A stretch of 63,598 nucleotides of DNA, filler included, from Ministeria vibrans ATCC 50519 (taxonomy: Eukaryota > Protista > Filasterea), in the NCBI GenBank assembly GCA_943704425.1. It is 5 parts of 5 records of this genome, joined end to end, with 100 filler letters (N's around TTAATTAATTAA, not from the genome) between each part and the next. Parts side by side here need not be neighbours in the genome. Positions count along the whole stretch, not along the records: positions 53,279 to 63,598 come from CALSCP010000875.1; 4 more parts are not named here. One strand, 5' to 3'. Position numbers and translations under genes: made by a program. This document shows, piece by piece, positions 53,676-63,598 of this stretch (within the stretch, counting starts at the first letter, position 1; the number at the start of each line of letters is the position of its first letter). The notes below the pieces were generated by a model that was not told the origin of the DNA, did not search any database, and saw only the letters and a program-made list of their open reading frames with translations.

Positions 53676-54572
53676 TCAAGCACCTTTGGCTTTGTACGTG
53701 CCCGCACCAACCTGACGTTGTTTGTGGCGCGGATTGGTCGAGCAAATGACACGCAGGCGCCCTTTTCGTCGAACAAACTACAAGAGAGGGTACAGGTGTC
53801 ACTCATGATCATGATCAATTGATCATTCAATAGACACAGTTGTTTGCTGTACGAGCTGCGCAGCAGCCATGAGCACATCACTCATGTTCCCTTCCTCCCT
53901 CCCTCCCCCCACACTGCATCGAGCGAGCTGAGTGCATTTTGTTGAGACACAAAAGTGAAGTTTAACCAACGTATAACTAACGTACAATGATTATTCAACA
54001 GGAAACGAAATTGCTCGCGAAACACACTGCCAGAATAAGATCAAAAAACGGTCAACAGGACACACACAGTACACGAGATCAAAGGCTGGTGCCCATACAG
54101 GTCCGTTGCGTGTCGCTTAGCCAACAGAAAAAGCAGAAAAAGTGCAAAGAGAGAAAAAAAAGGAAAAGTTTCAATGTTGACGGACCACCACGACTTGTTA
54201 GAGCACAGGGCTGCCAGGCACGACATACACACGTGCACTACGGCCCACCGGAGGCCACCAGCGTGCCGCTGCGACTCAAGTGCGAGCGAGATTGGACACT
54301 TTCTGTTTCATTTTTTTTTTTTTTTTTTTTTTNNNNNNNNNNCTTAATCTTGGCGTACTTGTCCTCGTTGAGGGCAAATTCAGGGTCGACGCGGAAGACA
54401 TCGAGACCAGTCAACAGTGCACAGCACAAGACGAAGAGGCCGCCACGGGGCTTACCATGCAGGTCTTGCACATCTTCTTCACGCTGACGCGGACCTTCAT
54501 GGCCTGCGGCATCGTCGTGTGCAGGAGAGAGGGCATTGTTGCGTGGAAGAATCGCGCAACCGTCACAAACAT
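53676..54572 (-). CDS. MRPL36: Mitochondrial ribosomal protein bL36m with targeting presequence, 2 exons
   Basis: MFVTVARFFHAT...MKVRVSVKKMCKTCM|gtaag..~680 nt..tag|FVRRKGRLRVICSTNPRHKQRQ; Zn-ribbon CxxC..C..H intact. Confidence 0.9.
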
Positions 54573-54761
54573 CGCAAGAGCCTCTGCCGTCGCTTTCTTT
54601 GGCTTTCCCTCGGTTGGGGCACAACGGCGCAAGTCGATAGGCGGACTGTTGAATGCAAACAAAGGGAAAACGAGTGAGTATTGAGTGAGATCAATGTTCC
54701 ATGAGAACTGTGATTCGATCACTCAAGTTATTCGTGAGTTATTCACTCAAAGTGCTATAAA

Positions 54762-57700
54762 ATGCTCCTCAATCGATTGGTTGTGGGCAACACGACGCTG
54801 CTCACCAAGGGGGCGCGGTTGTCGACGACGCCCGCGCTGATGGCGACGCGCTTTAAAGCGGTTATTTTTGATCTGGGTGGTGTTGTGTACGGAAACCCCA
54901 CAGGGGCCGCGCGAGCGTACGCCGCCAGCCTGGGGGCGTCACCCGAGGCGGTCAAGCAGATCTACACGGACGGCGCGACCAAAGATCTCGTCGTTAAGCT
55001 GGAAACGGGTCGCGTTAAGTTGGACGACAAGTTTTGCGATTTGTTTACCGACTCTGCCAAGACTGTCATTGGCGCTTTCCACGCTCGGTAGGCCCTCAAA
55101 AGTGACAAACTCCGACGATTGCGTACAATCCCAGTGGCACCCGTAGCGCTATTCGCTCTCTTTTTGTGCACTGCTGAAGAATGTATTTCTTTTTATTGTT
55201 CTCCTTTTCGGTTTAGTGACTTCTTCATGGCGGTCCAATCGGGACTGCAGCCCATCCACAACAATGTCATTGACACAATCAAGCTTCTCCGCGAAGCCGG
55301 CATCAAAACGGCGGCTCTGTCGAACACTTGGGTATGGACGATGTACTATTCATTTGATCTTGATCTTGATCTGAATAGTGATGTACTATTCATTTGATCT
55401 TGATCTGAATAGTGTTGTATCTATACTATTCTTCGTATTTATCTTCTTCTTGATCTAACACTTTATTGCATGCTTTTTTATTTGTTCTGGGAGCAGGAGG
55501 GCTCCGAGTTGCATCCTCTACCTCTTGACGAGCATACGGTGCTCTTTGACGCTATTGTTCAATCCGCCAAAGTGGGCCTTCGAAAGCCCAACCCTGAAAT
55601 TTACAAGGTACCCTCTATAGAAAGCATCATTAAATAAAACACCATCGCATCTTATTGTGCGCTTGTGGAATAGCTTGTGACCGAGAAACTGGGCGTCGAC
55701 GCGAGGGAATGCGTGTTCATCGACGACATGGGGCGTAACTGCGTCGCTGCGTCCGACCTGGGCATGACGGCTATTCACGTCACAAACAACGACACCGCCA
55801 GTGCAATGGCTCAAGTGCGCTCGCTACTCATCCCTGCTCAACCCACTCCCTCTCATTCTGCTGCTGTTGACTCTGTCCTTCCCGCTTCTCATCGCTTTGA
55901 CGAATCCGCTCTTCTGCGCTATCTCATTGCCCACAAGTATGCCCCGCAAAACAGCTCATTGACTGTTCAAAAGTTCTCGCATGGACAGAGTAATCCGACG
56001 TATCTTCTCACACTCAAAACCGGTACGTTTGATTCACTCTCTTTTCAGAAGGATTCCTATACACTTGGATCTTAGAATGATTTGACTTCTTCCTCACTTT
56101 CACTCATCGAACTTGTTTTGTACCTCCTCTTTCCCCGTGAAAAATTAGACCAATCTGCCCCAATTGAGTATGTTCTGCGGAAACAGCCGAGTGGAGCACT
56201 TCTCAAGGGCGCACACAATGTGACACGCGAGCACACCATCTACACTCACCTGCGCACTCACTCGTCTGTGCCCGTTCCCCACTCGTTTTGTGTCGAGACG
56301 GATCGTTCGGTTATTGGCACTGACTTTTGTCTCATGTCCTATGTCAACGGAACGCTCTTTAAGGATCCCGCCATGCCCTCTGAAGCACCCCAGACGCGCA
56401 AGGCAGTGTATGCGTCGCTTGTGCGCACCTTGGTTGCGCTTCACTCTGCCCCATTGCCCCAAACAGCCACGGCCACACAGACGCAGCAGACCGACAAGCT
56501 GGAGAAGAAGAAGACGAAGAAGAAGTCGTACTATGAGCACCAGATTGCACTCTGGTCCAAACAGTACAGCGCGTCGGTCGCGGCTGAAGGAGTTCCAGTG
56601 GACCCGCGAATGAGTCAACTGAGTGCCTCTCTACCCACTGCACTACTGGCGCAACAACATCAGCAGCTGTGCGACACGAGTGGGGCGTCGGGCGAGACCA
56701 CTACGCTTGTGCACGGTGACTATCGCCTTGACAATCTGCTCTTTGATCCCCACTCACTTGCTGTCAATGCTGTCCTTGACTGGGAACTTTCCTCAACCGG
56801 CTGTCCCCTTTCTGATCTTGCGTACCTCTGTGTCCCGTACCACATTCCCCGCTCCTCTCAATCCCTTCCAGGTCTCCACGACCCACACTCGCCCCTTCCC
56901 GAAGGAATCCCCACCGAATCCCAACTTGTCGATTTGTACTTCTCTCTCTCTCCGGCATCCCTTGTGCGCCCGTCCCCTCTTCACTGGAACCTCTATGTCT
57001 CCTTTGCCTTCTTCCGTGTTGCGGCTATTCTTGCGGGTGTGCGAGCTCGCTCAAAGGGCGGTCAGGCCAGTTCTCGTCAGGTCCGATTGTTTTGTGTGTC
57101 TGTCTGAGAGATTGGGAAAGAGAAACAGATCTTACTGAGTGCGTGAATATTGAATGTTACGATGTGGAGACTTGCAAATATGTGAGTCACTCATTGAATG
57201 GTCCCTGTCTGATAGTATTTGTTTATGTGAATAATCGATTCTGATTGTGCGTGTGAACTGTTTGTGTGTTTTTGCGATTGTGTTTCGTTGCATTAACTCT
57301 TGCATCTCTCTATCTCTTTTTTTATTCACAGGCGGTCATTGTTGGAAATGACACTGACAAAATGATCACAATCGCTCACAATCTGTTCCTCTCAGCTCAA
57401 CCCAAAACGAACACCACCCAAAGCAACACCAAACCATCTACTCGCTCTCGTTCCTATCACACTCACGCTCATTCCCATCACCCAAACTCTCTGTTGTTTT
57501 CCCGCCCCTCTTACTCTCTTTCCCATTCCTCTCGTCGCCGCTTCTCCTCCTCCTCTCACTCTTCTCCTCTCTTTCCCGTCTCTGAACGTGCCCAACGCAT
57601 TACGGATCAAGTTGACGAGTTTATCCGCTCCGAGATCATTCCCATTGAATCTGTGTTTATGGAGCATCAGTTCAGTGACTCACGCTGGACCATTGTTCCT

Positions 57701-59592
57701 CAAATGGAACAGTTGAAGGTAAAAAAACGACAACTAATTTGTCCCTCAAACAGTTCTCTATGTGGATGTTTTGTGATTGTGTCTCTCTCTTTGTGCTTAA
57801 TAATTGTGTGTGTGTGTGTGTATGTGTGTGTGTGTGTGTATGACACAATTATTAAGCACAAAGAGAGAGACACAATCACAAAACATCCACAAAGAGAACT
57901 GTTTGAGGGACAAATTAAAGAGAGATGCACTATACTAATTTGGTCACATTTTCATGTGTCACAATGCATGAAAAATAACATTACAATAATAATATTATAT
58001 TTTAATCTTACACTGTGTTTCCTCTTTCAACAAGGCCAAAGCGAAGAGTGCCGGACTGTGGAACCTGTTTCTGCCCTTGGAGAGCGATAATGGCAAATAT
58101 GGCGCAGGGCTGACCAATGCTGAGTATGCGCGCATTGCGGAGCTCACTGGTCGCTCTATGTTTGCTCCAGAGGTGTTCAACTGCTCTGCTCCCGGTAACA
58201 CATGCAGAGAGTAGAGTCGAGAGTTTGAGAGAAACAAAGTGATAGAAAAAAAGTGATAAAAGGAGCATCATATACTCTGATAAAGAGAGATGCACTATAC
58301 TAATTTGGTCACATTTTCATGTGTCACAGTGCATGAAAAATAACATTACAATAATAATATTATATTTTAATCTCAGACACTGGCAACATGGAAACATTGG
58401 TGCGCTATGGAACCGATGCACAGAAGACCCAGTGGCTTGTTCCTCTGCTTGCGGGTGAAATCCGGTCGTGCTTTGCGATGACTGAGCCGGCTGTGGCATC
58501 GTGCGACGCGACCAACATTGAGTCGAGCATTCGGGTGGATCCGGATGATAGTGCCATGTTGATTCTGAATGGGCATAAGGTGTGGGACGAAATTTCACTT
58601 TTAGGATGATATTATATCTCTCTTATCTTTGTATTTTAGCATTGGATTAGCGGCGCAATGGACCCGCGTTGCAATGTAGCGATCTTTATGGGCAAGTCAC
58701 GCCACGACGGACCCACACACACTCAGCAGTCAATGGTCCTCGTGCCGATGGACGCGCCTGGGGTGACTGTCGTCCGCCCACTGCGTGTGTTTGGGTTTGA
58801 CGATGCGCCTCATGGCCATGCGGAGATGCGCTTTGAGAATGTGCGTGTGCCAGTTGAATCACTCTTGGTCGGTCATGGTCATGGATTTGCCATTGCGCAG
58901 GGTACGCATGGAACCCTACCCTCTCACCCTGACCCTAATCCTGACCCTTAGGACGTCTTGGTCCGGGCCGCATTCATCACTGCATGCGTCTCATTGGCCA
59001 TGCCGAACGTGCTCTCGAGCTCATGTGCGAACGGGTCACAACCAGAGTCGCTTTCGGTATGCTTACCTCCTTCGTTTTCGCATGCAATCAAACACACCAT
59101 ATTAGGCAAAACACTGTCTGAGATGGGAATGATTCGTAACGACATTGCTCGCAGTCGCGCTGAAATCAACCAAGCGCGTCTACTCACACTCGAAGCTGCG
59201 TCGCTGATGGATCGAGTTGGAAACAAAGTATTGTTGTCCATGTGCAACGATATTTTGTTTGACTTTTTTATTTTTATTTTTTATTTCATTTTTAGGCCGC
59301 TCGAAAGGAGATTGCACTGATCAAAGTGGTTGCTCCTGAGATGGCACAACGTGTCATTGACCGAGCAATGCAGGTAAAAAAAAAAAAAAAAGAAACGCCT
59401 ACTAAACTCGAATCCTAACCTAACCTAACCGTAACGGCCTATCAGGCTTTCGGCGCCAATGGTCTCTCGAGTGACACTCCGCTCTCTCAACTCTTTGCTT
59501 GGGCTCGTGTCCTCCGTCTTGCTGACGGTCCTTCCGAAGTCCATCTCGAATCGGTCGCGAAAATGGAACTCAAAAAATACGCTCAGAAATAA
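54762..59592 (+). CDS. ACAD10: Acyl-CoA dehydrogenase family member 10 (HAD hydrolase + APH kinase + ACAD)
   Basis: [21 protein letters not shown] (HAD); [36 protein letters not shown] (APH); [52 protein letters not shown] (ACAD). Confidence 0.95.
57735..57917. mobile_element. MITE-like foldback element in ACAD10 intron (~75-nt inverted repeats around a (GT)n loop, TA flanks)
   Basis: TAATTTGTCCCTCAAACAGTTCTC...AATAATTGTGT is the reverse complement of ACACAATTATT...GAGAACTGTTTGAGGGACAAATTA, with one mismatch seen. Confidence 0.6.
57916..58373 (+). repeat. ~92-nt direct repeat in the 3' parts of two consecutive ACAD10 introns (57916-58007 and 58282-58373)
   Basis: TAAAGAGAGATGCACTATACTAATTTGG...TATATTTTAATCT present twice, one mismatch. 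Confidence 0.93.
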
Positions 59593-59731
59593 AATGAAAT
59601 TTCTTCTATTGTTACTCATTATAAAATGAAATTTCTTCTCTGGATTGTTACTCATTATAAAATGAAATTTCTTCTCTGAATTGTTACTCATTATAAAATG
59701 AAATTTCTTCTCTGGATTGTTACTCATTATA
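59589..59731. repeat. 36-nt tandem repeat x4 between convergent ACAD10 and TBCC stop codons
   Basis: ATAAAATGAAATTTCTTCTCTGGATTGTTACTCATT units; the first has a 4-nt deletion. Confidence 0.93.
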
Positions 59732-61376
59732 CATTTCAATGTGAAACTCTTTTTGTTGATCTGACGCGGTCATTTTGGCCCAATTTGGCGAATGGCTCTG
59801 TCGAATCCAGTTGAAATCGTCCAATGAATCCCAGTGGTTATTTATTCGATCCAATTCAGTCTCCTATTAAAACAACAACCAATTTTTTAATAGGTGCTAG
59901 CAATAAGGGAATTTTTTTAGGGGGGGATATTTTCACCTTATAATGGTCATTGAGGAGTGGGTAGTGCAAAGAGTAGGGAGCAACAGTGATTTGTGAGGAG
60001 TCCTCGATGATGCCACGTGCAACGACATGAAGGTGAATGGCGCAGGAGGTGCTCTCGTGCATGCGCAGCTGGAAAGGAAAGTAAGTGTGAGTGGTGTATT
60101 GTGGTGTGTCACAGAGAATGACTGAGTCTGATATTGTCAAAGAATGAGTGAGACACAAATCAAAATCACACACACACCCTCTCTCAACAAAACAAGAGAG
60201 CTTGAGTCGTGGTCGCATTGACTCTGACCTGTTGACAGGCGACCACAAAAGTTGTGTGATGGCAATTGTGGATGAAAATGGGGCCACGAGAGGGTCCGCA
60301 GAGGACAGTGCAGTGGGTGAGGTTGGCACAGCGGATGCTGCTGGTGGCCAGAGGAATGCTGACGATGGAGGCGTGGATGTCGCTGAGGGAGAGGTCGCTG
60401 AGTGGAGCAAGAGACTGGACAGTTGAGTAAGTCGTGTTTTGGTTGTTGTTTTCATGTGAGTCGTCTGCTGCTACTGCGGTGGTGGTGGCGGCGTGAGGGC
60501 GAACGTGAATGTGTGTGCTGCTGATGTAGACGTGCGCGTTGTGGATTCCATGCGCGCCCGGTTGTGTGGATAGGTCTTCGGCATTCGTCAGCGCTATACA
60601 CAGTGAGAGTGTGAGGGAGACAAAGAAAGCGAGAGGGGAAGAAGTGATAGAGAGAGAGAGAGAGAGAGGAGGGGAAAAGAAACAAAGTGATAGAGAGAGA
60701 AAGAGACAATAAGTCAGAGGCGGGTTTGGATCTTCCACAATATCTCAATTCTAACCTCTGGCAGAGGCGAGTTTGCGTTGATCCTCAGCGGCGCTGGAGG
60801 TGTCACGCTGCTTTGATATGCCTATTCTCTTGGTGAACGTAAACTTCTTCTTAGGGACAAGGCGCCCGCGGGTCTCGGCGACACTCTGCTTGACGCGGTC
60901 GATGGCGCGTTGTGATTTTCGTCGGTCGAAGGGCGCAAGAAAGAGCGCAGCATTGGCGACTGTCGTCTCGAGCGACAGCACTGCGGCAGTCACACACGTA
61001 TCAAAGTACACACGACGCTCGTCGACCGTCAGCTCTTCCGCTTGTGCAAGCATCTCGTTGAGTGCTACACGCAGCAGAGAGCAAGAGAGAGAGAGAGAGG
61101 GTTAGGAGTGAGCTGCAAAGGGTGTCATGGAAACGCCTCTCTCTCTTTCTCCGTTGGGCTTACCCGTTTCTCGCGCCTCAAACGTTGCCCAAAACTCGTC
61201 GGGCGTCTCATTTGGATCATCTTGATCGGCACGGGCGAGACGACGGTCCTCCCAGGCGCTCTGGCGCTCTGTTTCGCGCTGTGTTACGCTTGCGGGAGGC
61301 TGCAATGCATTAGAGGGAGTCCCAGGTTAAACTACAACTGCTGATCAGTGGAGAGATCTCGTACGAGGATAGACAT
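59720..61376 (-). CDS. TBCC: Tubulin-specific chaperone C
   Basis: N-terminal helical bundle FLAPFDRRKSQ..LVPKKKFTF; CARP domain CGPSRGPIFIHNC..VVACQQLRMHES..LHV..GIIEDS..VAPY; NHWDSLDDFNWIR..SPNW. Confidence 0.93.
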
Positions 61377-62544
61377 CTAAAGAGGGTAGCTCGGGCAGAG
61401 GTTCGAAGAGAGAAAAAGAGGGAGCTCTCGAAGTGATAATAGATAAAATAATATTGTTTATTATTTTTTACTTTGCTGAATAGTGAATAGTGTACCTACT
61501 GATCAACACACTTTTATTAAATAATATATTTACTAGTAAAGTAATGAGTCTGTAGTCGGTACTCTGTAGACTGTAGTGGCTCGTGGGTAGTGAAGTAGTG
61601 AGGAAGCCACTGCGGCACTGTCCTCTAAGACGTAATTCTTAATTGGTCAGACCCAAACAGTTAACTCAATCGACTCTTGATTCTTGAAAGAGAACAACAC
61701 AATAACTTATAACAATACACATGCAACCAACCCATTACACAATATAAAAAAAGAAAGAAGAAGAAGAAGAAGAAGAAGAAGAAGAAAAAAAAAAGAAAGT
61801 AGGCGTTGACGGTCCATCGCGAGAGGTGCAAGGCAATGGCCATCTTGCCGAAGTCTTTGAGCAAGCTCAAAGGAACAACGACCGCTTCGAAAAATAAATT
61901 TGATCTTGTTCCAGCCGAAGCTGGAGAAATTCGATCAAAAATTTCAGAACAGGTACTACACTTGATCGGAGCGAAAACTCCTAAAAGCGTAGCGATCTTA
62001 AGAAAATCGTTGGGTGGAAGCAAAATCGCGAAAAACTCAGGCAATTGTGGGTGTGCCGTTCCACGCGGTGCGGGCTCTCTCGCCCCCTGCGATCACCGCA
62101 GACCCTCATCTACCCAACAAGTGACTGTGCCTGCAAGAAATGTGCGTTGTAGATGCTTCTGATCGAGTCGGTGAGTCGGTTTGGTTTTTTTTTTGAACGA
62201 CAGGTCGACGAATATTTTATTGCCTCATATTACTATCAAGCGCCTTTCTTCACCTCCAATTGTCCCATAACTGAGCAGTGAGGCGTGAGCAAAGTGTAAA
62301 TGCTCACTAAGCAGGGTCATACGTCGTGCATTGAAGGTCCTAGTTATAAAATAAACCCAAAATTTGTGATTAATCGATCATTTTTTAAAGAGTACTTCTT
62401 CACACAGGTAGCATGTTCAACATTTGACAACGCCACAACTGTGAACTGACAACGGTGTAATCGGTGTTTATTAAAAGAGAAATGGTAGATTGCGCTTGTT
62501 TTTATTTATTTATTATTATTATTAATTTATTATTATTATTATTA

Positions 62545-63598
62545 TTACAGGATGGCGGTGACGTTCGACACCATATCGGTGGCGTCGACGAGTCCCACTT
62601 GGTCGACGAGGAAGGAGAAAGCCTTGTCGGCCATGAGTTCCCAGACGTCCATGAGGTGCGCGAGACGCAGACGGAGGTAGGCGATGGCGAGAGCAGTGGC
62701 GACAATCTCGGGCAGGGCGGAGCCAGTCGCGCGCTGAACTGCGTCTGCCGTCACGCCACAGGCGGACGTGAGTGCGCTGCTCATGGGCATCGCGCCATTG
62801 ACGCCCTGTTGCTGTACGATCAAGTCGAGCACGGCCGTTGAAGAGACAGGTGCGGGTGCAGGCGGGGCAGAGGGTGAGGAGAAGGAACCACCAGAGGGTG
62901 GCGCACTACCTTTCGGCTGGAAGGTGAATCCTGCAAAGAGGTCATCAGCAGGAGCACTGCCGGGATCGTTAAACGACGATGACGACGACGGCGAATTGCA
63001 GGAAGCCTGGGAGGTGAAGCTGTTGTCAAAGCAGTAGTTTGCATCGGAGGAGCGGGAGACGGGCGCGCTTGCGCGAGGCGCAGGCTGTGAGACACGGCTA
63101 CCGAACGAGAACATGTTCGAAAAGGTGCCTGCAATGGCCGAGCCGACGCCCGCCATCATACCATCACCACCCATGCCACTGCTCTTCTTCTTTGATTTTG
63201 ACGCCGAATTGAAGAAGCAGGCCGATTGCTCCCCGAGCGACTCAGACTGGCACTGGAGCGAGTCAAGACGATCGCTGCGATCAAGCACACGTTCAACGGA
63301 CGACCTGATGGACTCATGGTGCACAGGGGCGGCACACGAGCGACGCTGACGACTGGTCATTGAGCCACCACGACCACGACTACCACCACCACAACTGCCG
63401 AATCCAGCCACCTGTGGTTGGCAGTACTGCTGTTGTTGGTGCTGAGGTGCACAGCCGAACGTGCCAAATTGACGAGCCTGCGACTGGGGCGCCATGGCGG
63501 GCACATCAACATGTTGAACCCATCCGCCGCACTGCAGTCGCTCGTGGAGAGAGCGCACGTCGACTGCGACAAACGATGTGTGTGTGCTGGCCAGATTG
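62545..63598 (-). CDS. C-terminal part of a VIT/VWA5A-like protein containing a synaptobrevin-like coiled coil; 5' part outside window
   Basis: NLASTHTSFVAVD at the window edge and the C-terminal LIVQQQGVNG...ATALAIAYL...WELMADKAFSFL module are typical of VWA5/BCSC-1 proteins. Confidence 0.75.
   Translation of the reverse strand, partial: NLASTHTSFVAVDVRSLHERLQCGGWVQHVDVPAMAPQSQARQFGTFGCAPQHQQQQYCQPQVAGFGSCGGGSRGRGGSMTSRQRRSCAAPVHHESIRSSVERVLDRSDRLDSLQCQSESLGEQSACFFNSASKSKKKSSGMGGDGMMAGVGSAIAGTFSNMFSFGSRVSQPAPRASAPVSRSSDANYCFDNSFTSQASCNSPSSSSSFNDPGSAPADDLFAGFTFQPKGSAPPSGGSFSSPSAPPAPAPVSSTAVLDLIVQQQGVNGAMPMSSALTSACGVTADAVQRATGSALPEIVATALAIAYLRLRLAHLMDVWELMADKAFSFLVDQVGLVDATDMVSNVTAIL

Noticed and set aside
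53779-54456. Alternative exon or ncRNA inside the unusually long MRPL36 intron (KPRGGLFVLC resembles RRKGRLRVIC)
   Set aside because: Out of frame with exon 1, interrupted by an N-gap, and no clear snoRNA boxes; not supportable.
59589-59731. 36-nt repeats as CRISPR direct repeats
   Set aside because: Head-to-tail with no spacers.
61661-62162. Overlapping 118-aa and 127-aa ORFs in the TBCC-VWA5 intergenic region
   Set aside because: No recognisable motif, atypical composition and no convincing splice structure; might be a decayed element but cannot be supported.

Overview
Compact, intron-rich eukaryotic DNA: GC-rich exons, short GT-AG introns full of (CT)n/(CA)n/(ATT)n microsatellites. The gene content (IFT22, ZC3H3, Atos/FAM214, PAR-type bZIP, cbEGF arrays, reelin repeats) suggests a flagellated unicellular holozoan such as a choanoflagellate; this is inference only. 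The window is not one molecule. Four identical 100-nt linkers (44N-TTAATTAATTAA-44N) join five contigs: 1-14009, 14110-28912, 29013-45520, 45621-53178 and 53279-63598. Housekeeping genes recognised: CARNMT1, WDR59, IFT22, ZC3H3, FAM214/Atos, IPK1, RPL35, kinesin-7, ARPC3, MRPL36, ACAD10, TBCC. The best candidate novel system is on contig 2. It is a single ~7.4 kb spliced gene for a type-I membrane enzyme-receptor (signal peptide, iduronate-2-sulfatase-like domain, YHYH-like domain, PAN-like module, 20 EGF repeats with a complete type-1 copper cupredoxin inserted inside one EGF, ZU5-like domain with an HLT motif, TM helix, pTyr/PDZ-motif tail). It is flanked by a GH29 alpha-fucosidase and an intronless bacterial-like GH95 fucosidase, forming a putative eukaryotic sulfated-fucosylated-glycan sensing/utilisation locus. 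Other notable items: a reelin-repeat protein, a strongly degenerate alpha-like tubulin, a DEP-DUF427 fusion, an A-T-R-R NRPS-like (ATRR glycine betaine reductase-like) gene, and a VWA5-like protein carrying an R-SNARE motif. All calls come from manual motif recognition and manual splicing; no database search was run.
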